Shown: positions 10,801 to 18,840 of the stretch, piece by piece
Layout of the letters: each line of letters starts with the position of its first letter
Position numbering within the stretch: the stretch's first letter is position 1
DNA from: Alphaproteobacteria bacterium
GTDB taxonomy: Bacteria > Pseudomonadota > Alphaproteobacteria > Rickettsiales > SXRF01
Reading direction: 5' to 3'
Assembly: GCA_020049775.1 (NCBI GenBank)
Contig: JAGVLO010000004.1
Coordinates: 139,385 to 203,384, forward strand
DNA length: 64,000 nucleotides
The notes under the pieces: generated by a model
Seen by the model: the letters and a program-made list of their open reading frames with translations, nothing else
Database searches by the model: none
Told to the model about the DNA's origin: nothing
Program-made: the position numbers and the translations under genes

Positions 10801-12989
10801 TCTTACCCGAGCAAGATATAAGCGTGGCAGAAGCCGAGCCAAACCCCATGTTGTCGCTGCTGAACGACGAGCAGAAACAGGCGGTGCTTGCAACGCAGGG
10901 GCCGCTTTTGGTGCTGGCGGGTGCAGGCACAGGCAAAACCCGCGTGCTGACTACGCGCATCGCGCATATATTGCTCACCAAATTGGCGTGGCCGGGCGAG
11001 ATTCTGGCCGTGACTTTCACCAACAAGGCCGCACGCGAAATGGCCGATCGCGTCAGCTCGCTTACGGGCGCGTCGCAATCGCTGTGGATGGGGACATTCC
11101 ACTCCATCGGCGCGAAAATCATCCGTCGCCATGCCGAAAAGCTGGGGCTTACGTCCAGCTTCACCATTCTCGACGAAGACGACCAGCTACGCCTGATTAA
11201 AGCCATTCTCGCCGAAAAAAATATTGATGACAAATCGTTGCCGCCCAAATTGTTCCTTGCCATTATCCAGAGTTGGAAAGATCAGGGACTAACGCCCGCC
11301 AAGGTCAATAACCCGGGCGATACGCAAGCCGCGAGCGGCCATGCCGTAAGCGTGTATAAAGCCTATCAGGACAGGTTGCGCCAGCTGAACGCCACCGACT
11401 TTGGCGATTTGATTCTGCACATGCTCACGCTATTCACCGAGCATCAGGACGTACTGCAGGAATACGCCAAGCGTTTCAAATATATTCTGGTGGATGAGTA
11501 TCAGGATACCAACGTGTCGCAATATCTGTGGCTGCGCCTGCTTGCCAGCTACCATAAAAATATCTGCTGCGTGGGCGACGACGACCAGTCTATTTATAGC
11601 TGGCGCGGCGCGGAAGTCGGCAATATCCTGCGCTTCGAGCGCGATTATCCGGACGCAAAGGTGGTGCGGCTTGAGTGCAATTACCGCTCCACGCCGCATA
11701 TTCTGGCCGCGGCAAGTGCGCTGATTGCCAATAACCGTGGGCGCTTAGGAAAGACGCTGTGGACGCCGGTAACCGAGGGTGACAAGATTCACCTCAAATC
11801 CGTGTGGGACGAGGGCGAAGAAGCACGTTATGTCGGCGAGGAAGTCGAGCAATTGCAGCGCAAAGGTACCGACCTTAAACAGATGGCGATACTTGTGCGC
11901 GCCGGTTTCCAGACGCGCGCGTTTGAAGAACGTTTCCTTACGCTCGGAGTGCCTTACCGTGTTATCGGGGGCTTGCGTTTTTACGAGCGCGCCGAAATCC
12001 GCGACGCGGTGGCGTATTTACGCGTTATCGCCAGCCCGAGCGACGACCTCGCGTTTGAGCGCATTATCAACACACCCAAGCGCGGCATCGGTCAGGCGAC
12101 CATGCAGCAACTGCACACCACGGCGCGTGCCATTAATAACTCGCTGTACCATGCTACCGTGCATTTGCTGCAAACTGGCGCGTTGAAGGGAAAGCTCGGG
12201 CAGGCGCTCGACAAGTTCATTCAGGGTTGCGAGCGCTGGCGTTCGCAGATCGGCGTGCTGCCCGTGTCAGAGATTACCGAGTTAGTGCTAGAGGAAAGCG
12301 GCTACCGCCATATGTGGCAGCAGGAAAAATCCCCCGAAGCAGCGGGACGCCTTGAAAACCTCAAAGAACTCGCGCGCGCTATCGGCGAGTTTGAAAATAT
12401 CGGTGCGTTCCTTGAACATGTGAGCCTGGTCACCGAAGCTGCAGGCAATAACGACAGCAACGACATGGTGAGCCTGATGACGCTGCACGCGGCAAAAGGC
12501 CTCGAGTTCGACGTTATCTTCCTGCCGGGGTGGGAAGAGGGCGTGTTCCCGCACCAGCGCGCGCTGGACGAAAGCGGCACAAAGGGGCTGGAAGAAGAAC
12601 GCCGCCTTGCCTATGTCGGCATCACGCGTGCGCGCAAGCGCCTGTTTATTTCGCATGCCGCCAACCGCCGCATCTATAACCAGTGGCAAAGCAGTATTCC
12701 TTCGCGCTTTATTGCTGAAATTCCGCAGGAGCATGTCGATAAAATCTCCGGTGGTTTATATAATGCACCCAAGCCAACCCAGCGCGCATGGCAGGACGAG
12801 GTGGCCTCTATTATGAGCGCATCGTCAAAGCCTGCTGCATCTGAGGCAAAATTCAGTAAAGGCACGCGCATCTTCCACCAGAAATTCGGCTATGGCCGCA
12901 TACAGTCGGTCAGTGGAGATCATCTGGAAATCGAGTTTGAAAAAGCGGGACACAAAAAGGTGCTGGCTGATTTTGTAGAGAAGGCCTAA
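10797..12989 (+). CDS. uvrD: UvrD/Rep/PcrA family DNA helicase
   Basis: AGAGTGKT, VDEYQD, VGDDDQSIY, TLHAAKGLEF and EERRLAYVGITRA motifs; C-terminal Tudor-like HQKFGYG. Confidence 0.93.
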   Translation: MILPEQDISVAEAEPNPMLSLLNDEQKQAVLATQGPLLVLAGAGTGKTRVLTTRIAHILLTKLAWPGEILAVTFTNKAAREMADRVSSLTGASQSLWMGTFHSIGAKIIRRHAEKLGLTSSFTILDEDDQLRLIKAILAEKNIDDKSLPPKLFLAIIQSWKDQGLTPAKVNNPGDTQAASGHAVSVYKAYQDRLRQLNATDFGDLILHMLTLFTEHQDVLQEYAKRFKYILVDEYQDTNVSQYLWLRLLASYHKNICCVGDDDQSIYSWRGAEVGNILRFERDYPDAKVVRLECNYRSTPHILAAASALIANNRGRLGKTLWTPVTEGDKIHLKSVWDEGEEARYVGEEVEQLQRKGTDLKQMAILVRAGFQTRAFEERFLTLGVPYRVIGGLRFYERAEIRDAVAYLRVIASPSDDLAFERIINTPKRGIGQATMQQLHTTARAINNSLYHATVHLLQTGALKGKLGQALDKFIQGCERWRSQIGVLPVSEITELVLEESGYRHMWQQEKSPEAAGRLENLKELARAIGEFENIGAFLEHVSLVTEAAGNNDSNDMVSLMTLHAAKGLEFDVIFLPGWEEGVFPHQRALDESGTKGLEEERRLAYVGITRARKRLFISHAANRRIYNQWQSSIPSRFIAEIPQEHVDKISGGLYNAPKPTQRAWQDEVASIMSASSKPAASEAKFSKGTRIFHQKFGYGRIQSVSGDHLEIEFEKAGHKKVLADFVEKA

Positions 12990-12992
12990 CGC

Positions 12993-13733
12993 CTAGCTAA
13001 GGCCGATATCGAAATCAGAACTTTCTAAACCATCGGGATGGATACTACGCGGTTTTACAGGCGGGCGCGGTTGTATAGCGCTGCTTTTTGCGGGGACAGG
13101 TGGCGTATCGTCTTCTACTTCGATTTGTGCCACCGGAACATGGTTGGTTGTGCCTTGCATTTTCGCCAGCAACTGTGGGGGCATTTCCCAGCTTGGTTGA
13201 TTTTCGTAGGCTGGCCCGTCAGGCTGGCGCGCGTGCCTGGAAATATAGTCAAGGTTGTCGGCTTCCTCGTGCAATTTACTGGCGGCTAATTTAAGTTTTT
13301 TCTTCTGTGGGGTGGAAGCGTCCCCGACACCCATAAAGCGTACGGCCTTGGCAAGCAACTCCGGTTCATCCGCTATCATGTGGTACAGACTGGAAAGGCG
13401 CTCTATGTTTTGACGGGTAGAAACTACCGTGGCGGTATGGTCGTCGGCATAACCGGTATCGCTGCGCATGATGCCCAACGCCTGCAACATGCCGCGGTTG
13501 ATATCACCACGGGCGATTACACCCGCCATGCGCGGGTTGAGGTAGGATGTCTCATCGCCGAATTGGGCGCTGTGCAATTTCTTGTGCCACGGCGCTTCGC
13601 TCCAGCGTGTTGACGCGAGTACGGTAAGCGCGAACTCTGCTGCATCCGTTTTCAGTGAGTCATCATATACTGCTGTGGGCTTTTTTTTATTCCAACCAAA
13701 CATGGCGTTTCCATACGTATTTAATGCACCCAT
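12993..13733 (-). CDS. Hypothetical protein with Pro-rich disordered C-terminus (alternative start at 13703)
   Basis: A 246-aa ORF fills the uvrD-ilvD gap; no motif recognised. Confidence 0.65.
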   Translation of the reverse strand: MGALNTYGNAMFGWNKKKPTAVYDDSLKTDAAEFALTVLASTRWSEAPWHKKLHSAQFGDETSYLNPRMAGVIARGDINRGMLQALGIMRSDTGYADDHTATVVSTRQNIERLSSLYHMIADEPELLAKAVRFMGVGDASTPQKKKLKLAASKLHEEADNLDYISRHARQPDGPAYENQPSWEMPPQLLAKMQGTTNHVPVAQIEVEDDTPPVPAKSSAIQPRPPVKPRSIHPDGLESSDFDIGLS

Positions 13734-13807
13734 GGTAGCATAGATTGGTTACGCTTTTATGACGCAGCAACCGGCTGTATATATATGGTTTTATTGGGGT
13801 GTGTGCG

Positions 13808-15532
13808 CTAAATATCCGCGTAAACGTGCGTTTCAGCCTTGCCGCCGGGGTGGGTGACCGCGCCTCTTTCAGCGGGGCCGACCGTTTGTGCGTATTTCCA
13901 CAACGTACCGGAATTATAATCCGTCTTGCGCGGCTGCCAGCCCGTGCGACGGGCAGCGAGTTCTTTTTCGCTGACATCTACACTAATCATGCCTTTGGTG
14001 GCATCAATCGCAATCATGTCGCCGTCTTTGAGTAACCCGATAGGGCCGCCGACCGCTGCTTCCGGCCCGACATGGCCGATGCAAAAACCGCGCGTACCGC
14101 CCGAAAAGCGGCCATCAGTGATGAGCGCAACCTTGTCGCCCATGCCCTGACCATAGAGTGCGGCGGTGGTGGAAAGCATCTCGCGCATGCCGGGTCCGCC
14201 TTTTGGCCCTTCGTAGCGGATAATGAGTACATCGCCTTCCTTGAATTTCTTTTTGTCCACGGCCTCGAAGCAGGCTTCTTCGGAATCAAAACAGCGCGCA
14301 GGGCCTTTGAACACAAGGTTTTTCATGCCCGCCACTTTTACAATCGCGCCTTCGGGTGCGAGGTTGCCTTTGAGTACTACCACGCCGCCTTCATCACGCA
14401 GCGGTTTGTTGTGCGGGTAAATCACATCCTGATCGGTGCGCAGCTTTACGGCCTTCAGGTTTTCGGCAATGGTCTTTCCGGTCACGGTCATGCAGTCGCC
14501 ATGCAGGAAGCCGCCGTCCAGCAACGTTTTCATCACCGCCTGCACGCCGCCCGCCTCGTACATGTCTTTGGCGGTATATTTGCCGCCGGGCATGAGGTCG
14601 GCGAGGTAAGGGGTGCGCTTGAAAATTTCGCCCACGGCGTGAAGATCGAAATCAATGCCTGCCTCATGCGCAATGGCAGGCAGGTGCAGCGCGCCGTTGG
14701 TAGAGCCACCTGTAGCGGCCACGACAGCAGCGGCATTTTCCAGCGCCTTGCGCGTGACAATATCACGCGGGCGGATTTTATTTTTGAGCAGTTCCATCAC
14801 GGTGCGGCCGGATTCGAACGCAAACGCGTCGCGTGCTTCATACGGCGCAGGCGCACCGGCAGAGCCAGGCAGCGCAAGGCCGATGGCTTCACTCACGCAG
14901 GCCATGGTGTTGGCAGTGAACTGGCCGCCGCAGCTGCCAGCCGACGGGCAGGCGACCTGCTCGAGTTCATGTAAATCTTCGTCGCTCATTTTGCCGGAGC
15001 TGTGTTGACCCACACCTTCAAACACATCCACCACGGTGACTTGCCTGCCTTTATATTTGCCGGGCAATATAGAGCCGCCATACATGAATACGGAAGGCAC
15101 GTTCAGCCGTACCATCGCCATCATAAGTCCGGGCAGAGATTTATCGCATCCGGCGAGACCGACGAGCGCGTCGTACGAATGGCCGCGCATGGTGAGTTCA
15201 ACGGAATCGGCAATCACTTCGCGCGAGACGAGCGAAGACTTCATGCCCTGATGCCCCATGGCGATGCCGTCGGTCACGGTGATGCTGGTGAATTCCCTCG
15301 GTGTGCCGCCAGCGGCGGCCACGCCTTTTTTGACCACCTGCGCCTGACGGCCAAGGGTGATGTTGCAGGGGGCGGCTTCATTCCATGTGGTGGCAACGCC
15401 AATCAGCGGCGCATGTATGCCCGCTTCGGTAATGCCCATAGCATATAAATAGGAACGGTGCGGCGCACGCTCGGGGCCTTCAGTGACATGGCGGCTGGGC
15501 AGCCGCGACTTACCGTATTGTTTATCACTCAT
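13808..15532 (-). CDS. ilvD: Dihydroxy-acid dehydratase
   Basis: [34 protein letters not shown] and TDGRFSGGT motifs. Confidence 0.97.
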   Translation of the reverse strand: MSDKQYGKSRLPSRHVTEGPERAPHRSYLYAMGITEAGIHAPLIGVATTWNEAAPCNITLGRQAQVVKKGVAAAGGTPREFTSITVTDGIAMGHQGMKSSLVSREVIADSVELTMRGHSYDALVGLAGCDKSLPGLMMAMVRLNVPSVFMYGGSILPGKYKGRQVTVVDVFEGVGQHSSGKMSDEDLHELEQVACPSAGSCGGQFTANTMACVSEAIGLALPGSAGAPAPYEARDAFAFESGRTVMELLKNKIRPRDIVTRKALENAAAVVAATGGSTNGALHLPAIAHEAGIDFDLHAVGEIFKRTPYLADLMPGGKYTAKDMYEAGGVQAVMKTLLDGGFLHGDCMTVTGKTIAENLKAVKLRTDQDVIYPHNKPLRDEGGVVVLKGNLAPEGAIVKVAGMKNLVFKGPARCFDSEEACFEAVDKKKFKEGDVLIIRYEGPKGGPGMREMLSTTAALYGQGMGDKVALITDGRFSGGTRGFCIGHVGPEAAVGGPIGLLKDGDMIAIDATKGMISVDVSEKELAARRTGWQPRKTDYNSGTLWKYAQTVGPAERGAVTHPGGKAETHVYADI

Positions 15533-15535
15533 GGT

Positions 15536-15657
15536 AAAACTCTACTAACTTACAATTAAACCGCTTTGTTTTCTGCGCTTCCGCTGCTCACGTATTATAC
15601 ACACGCTGCGCTGCGGTTCTCGAAAACTTTGCTCTTAATTGCAATTTAGCGAGTTTT
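15536..15657. repeat. ~120-bp palindromic element (RPE/MITE-like) with imperfect ~23-bp terminal inverted repeats
   Basis: Left arm AAAACTCTACTAACTTACAATTAA matches the reverse complement of the right arm, AAAACTCGCTAAATTGCAATTAA; the minus-strand core GCAGCGTGTGTATAATACGTGAGCA resembles Rickettsia palindromic element cores. Confidence 0.7.
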
Positions 15658-15676
15658 TTGCGGAATTCAAATGTGA

Positions 15677-16285
15677 TTATTTCGTGAGTTTGCGTACTTC
15701 GCGCTCAACAATGCGCTCAACAATGGCGGGCAGGTTTTTGTCCAGCCATTCTTTCATCATCGGGCGCAGCATTTCCATCACTAGATCTTCCACCGTGGTG
15801 CCGGTGCGGAACTGGGCGGAAGGCACACGCACATCCGGCAAGGGCGGGTTGGTTGCTTCCTGCAGGTTTTTGAAGTGCGACGCTGCTTCCGTGGCGGCCT
15901 TTTGCGACAGCAGGGAATCGATAATATCATTAGCGGATGGTGCGGCAGCGGGGGGAGCTGCTGCTGGCGGTGGCGCGGGCGGCGTTTCAGCCGCCGGTGT
16001 GGCTGGCTCTACCTTGCTGCCGAGCGCTTCATTTATTTTCATCATGACATCACTCGATGCTTCGGTCTTGGCTTTGACATCTACAATGCCGCCATCTTCT
16101 TTGAGCATTTCGGTCAGTTCAAGAACTTCGGATCCGGGTACATCTTCCACTGGCTTTGTCTCTGGCTTCTTCTCTGTTTCATCTTCGGCTATGATACGAC
16201 GGATGGACTGGAGAATCTCTTCCATTGACAAATCCTCATTGCCAGCCCCTTCTTTTTTGGCCTCAACGGTACCACCGGCCTCCAT
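15677..16285 (-). CDS. popZ: PopZ family pole-organizing protein (DUF2497)
   Basis: N-terminal SMEEILQSIRRII, a Pro/Ala-rich linker and C-terminal TVEDLVMEMLRPMMKEWLDKNLPAIVERIVEREV; downstream of pcm-tolC. Confidence 0.92.
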   Translation of the reverse strand: MEAGGTVEAKKEGAGNEDLSMEEILQSIRRIIAEDETEKKPETKPVEDVPGSEVLELTEMLKEDGGIVDVKAKTEASSDVMMKINEALGSKVEPATPAAETPPAPPPAAAPPAAAPSANDIIDSLLSQKAATEAASHFKNLQEATNPPLPDVRVPSAQFRTGTTVEDLVMEMLRPMMKEWLDKNLPAIVERIVEREVRKLTK

Positions 16286-16362
16286 GAACTTCTCCAAACC
16301 TGCTATATATTGTATGCCCGTATGTGGCAGAGCATACATGATGTTGTATTAAAATACTATTA

Positions 16363-18116
16363 TTAAAAACCAATCAATTGATTTTTCACGCCATCATAAT
16401 GCGTCTGGGAATCGATAAGGTCAACAGGCAGCTTGAGGTCGCTGGCGGTCAGGTGGCCTGTAGCGGCCAGTAAGCGGTAGGCCTGTTGCTTTTCGGCCAC
16501 GGTTGACTTAACTAATTCAACCCGCGCCGAAAAATAGTCCTGCTCGGTATTGAGTACGTCCAGTGTGGTGCGCAGCCCCTGCATATTTTCCTGACGGATG
16601 CTGTCGAGCGCCTCGCGTGCGGCTTTCACCGCCTGTTCGTTGGAGGTGATGATGGCTCTGGCGGTGTTATAGTCCTGCCACGCTCGCGTAGCGTCTTCGG
16701 TGATGCCGTTTTTGGTGTCCATGGCGTTAAACTTGGCTTGCTCGGCAAGGTTTTTGGCGGCGCGGATGCGCGAATATTCAGCGCCGGACTGGTAAAGTGG
16801 TATGCTCACATTCAGCAGCACCTGATCGCTATCCCCGCGTGATACGTTGGAATTGGCCACGTCGCGGCGGGTCATGTTGCCCTGCAAGCTGACGGTGGGA
16901 AACAGGCTGGAGGCGCGTATATCCACGTCATTTTGTGTGGCGTTTTCCAGATGGCGGGCGGCTTCCAGCACGGGGTTGTTGCCCTCGGCCCATAAGGTTG
17001 CTTCCTGTACGCTGGCTGGCAGGCTGGCAGGTTCGGCGGGCAGCGCAATCGATGGCGGCGGTTCATAGCCGATGACACGCCGGAACGTCGCCTGCGTGGT
17101 GGCGAGGTCGCCCAGTGCCTGACGCTCCGCAGCCTTGGCGCTGGCAAGCCGCGCCTGCGAATGGGCGATGTCGGTGCGCGTCAGCTCGCCCACTTCAAAG
17201 CGGGCGTTGGTGTCTTTCAGGTCTTTCGCCAGCACGTCCACATTATGCTGGTTTACTTTCAGCACCGATTTTTTTTCCACTACGTCGGTATAGGCCACGA
17301 TGGCGGCTAGCAATATCTGTTGCTCCAGCGCCACCAGCTCGGCACGCCCCGCCTTCACGCGGTCTTTGGCGCTGGCATATTGGCAAGGCTTGAACCGCCG
17401 CTGAATATAGGTTGTTCAACACCCAGCGTTTTGCTGTGGCTGCCGTCATAATCCCAGCGGTCGTTGCTGCCGGTGCCGCGTTCGCGGCCTGCGGTGTAGC
17501 CTGCCGTGGCACTGGGGCGAAAGCCGGAGACGGCTTGCGACACGCCTTCGTCAATGGCGGCGAGCGCCTCGCGCTGGGCCTTTAGCTGCGGGTGGCTGAG
17601 ATAGACATTTTTCAGCGCGGCGAAAAATTCGTCCTGACGTTCGGCTAGCGGCGTGTCTTCGATGGGTTTATTGACGGTCTGGAAAAAATCATCCTCCAGC
17701 TTGGGTAGCTTAGGGGGTGCGGCGGTTTTTTTTGCCTTAGATTTTTCTGGCTCGGGAGGCGGTGCTTCTGCCTTTACCGGCTCCGGCTCGATGGTTGGCG
17801 GCGGCGGGGAAAGCGGCGCTGCTTCCGACGTTGGTTTTTCTTGGGGTTCTTCCATGGCCAGTGGCTGCGCGCCTTCCAGCGCATCAGTAGCAGGCGGCTG
17901 TGCGGGGGCGGGTGTTTCGGGTGTGCCTTGCGCGGGGGAAAGTATGTTCAGTGATTCGGCGATACCCAGAGAGGGAAGCGGCGGCACGGGCGCTGCGGCT
18001 TTGGTTGCCAGCTCGGTGGCGGCGAGGAGCGGCCACGCGGCAAACACGCACAACGCGACGCTACTTACAAAAATTAATGTGTGGCCAGAAACCAGTTTGC
18101 AAAAACGGGATGTCAT
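16363..18116 (-). pseudogene. tolC: TolC-family outer membrane protein split by a 1-bp frameshift near 17375 (real lesion or sequencing error)
   Basis: ORF 17355..18116 (signal peptide, Pro-rich extension, start of the OEP domain) and ORF 16363..17358 join into ...SLANMASAKDRVKAGRAEL... if one base is restored. Confidence 0.8.
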
Positions 18117-18140
18117 GGCGGGGATTATGTATGCTTCAGG

Positions 18141-18806
18141 CTATAATGTAAAGCCGGACTCGCGTTTAAATCCAGTAAGGATTTCCGTTGCCGCGTCGAA
18201 ATATTCGCGCGATTGCAGCGCACCGTCCAAGCGCGTAATCACCAGTCCCTTGCCGGTGCCATGCACCAGCGCAGGGCCGTTATCTTTGCGGAAAACAGTC
18301 ACCAGCCTGCCGCGTTCGGACAGCTGCTGGGCGATGACGTTGGGCAAAAAGTTAATAGCACCGTTAATCAGGATGACATCGTACGGCGCGGACATGCCGT
18401 AGCCGTCGGCCAGCGATTTCACATTTTGCAAATTCACGTTCTTGGCGTCTTTCAACAGTTCTCGGGCGCGGGTGATGTTGTCTGCATCCGTATCCACAGC
18501 CACGATATGCGACGCCAGCTTGGAAAGCACGGCGGTGGAATAACCATTGAGGCAGCCAATGTCCAGCACGCGGCATTCCGGTGTAATGTTAGCCAGCGTC
18601 AGCAAACGTGCAAAGGTCATGGGGGCAAGCAGGCTGCGGCCATTGCCGACATTCAAATCAGCATCCGTATAGGCTGCTTCGCGAAGCGCAGGCGGCACAA
18701 ACAGCTCGCGCTTTGTCGCGGCCATGGTCTGCAATATGCGCGGGTCGTTCACCTCGTTGGTATAGACTTGGCCAAGCACCATGTTCTGCGCAGCGGAAAG
18801 TTTCAT
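18141..18806 (-). CDS. pcm: Protein-L-isoaspartate O-methyltransferase family protein
   Basis: RELFVP, RVLDIGCLNGYSTAVL and APYDVILING motifs; pcm-tolC-popZ gene order. Confidence 0.88.
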   Translation of the reverse strand: MKLSAAQNMVLGQVYTNEVNDPRILQTMAATKRELFVPPALREAAYTDADLNVGNGRSLLAPMTFARLLTLANITPECRVLDIGCLNGYSTAVLSKLASHIVAVDTDADNITRARELLKDAKNVNLQNVKSLADGYGMSAPYDVILINGAINFLPNVIAQQLSERGRLVTVFRKDNGPALVHGTGKGLVITRLDGALQSREYFDAATEILTGFKRESGFTL

Positions 18807-18840
18807 GTCGTTCTCCTTAAATATTATGCAGCCCCAGATA

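Noticed and set aside
14072-14974. Long antisense ORFs (also 2896..3681, 43427..44326, 47643..48455, 15639..16352 and 17653..18402)
   Set aside because: These are shadow frames opposite well-supported genes in GC-rich DNA and show no motifs
17355-17385. Programmed ribosomal frameshift in tolC
   Set aside because: There is no slippery heptamer or long homopolymer at the site; a single-base deletion is the simpler explanation
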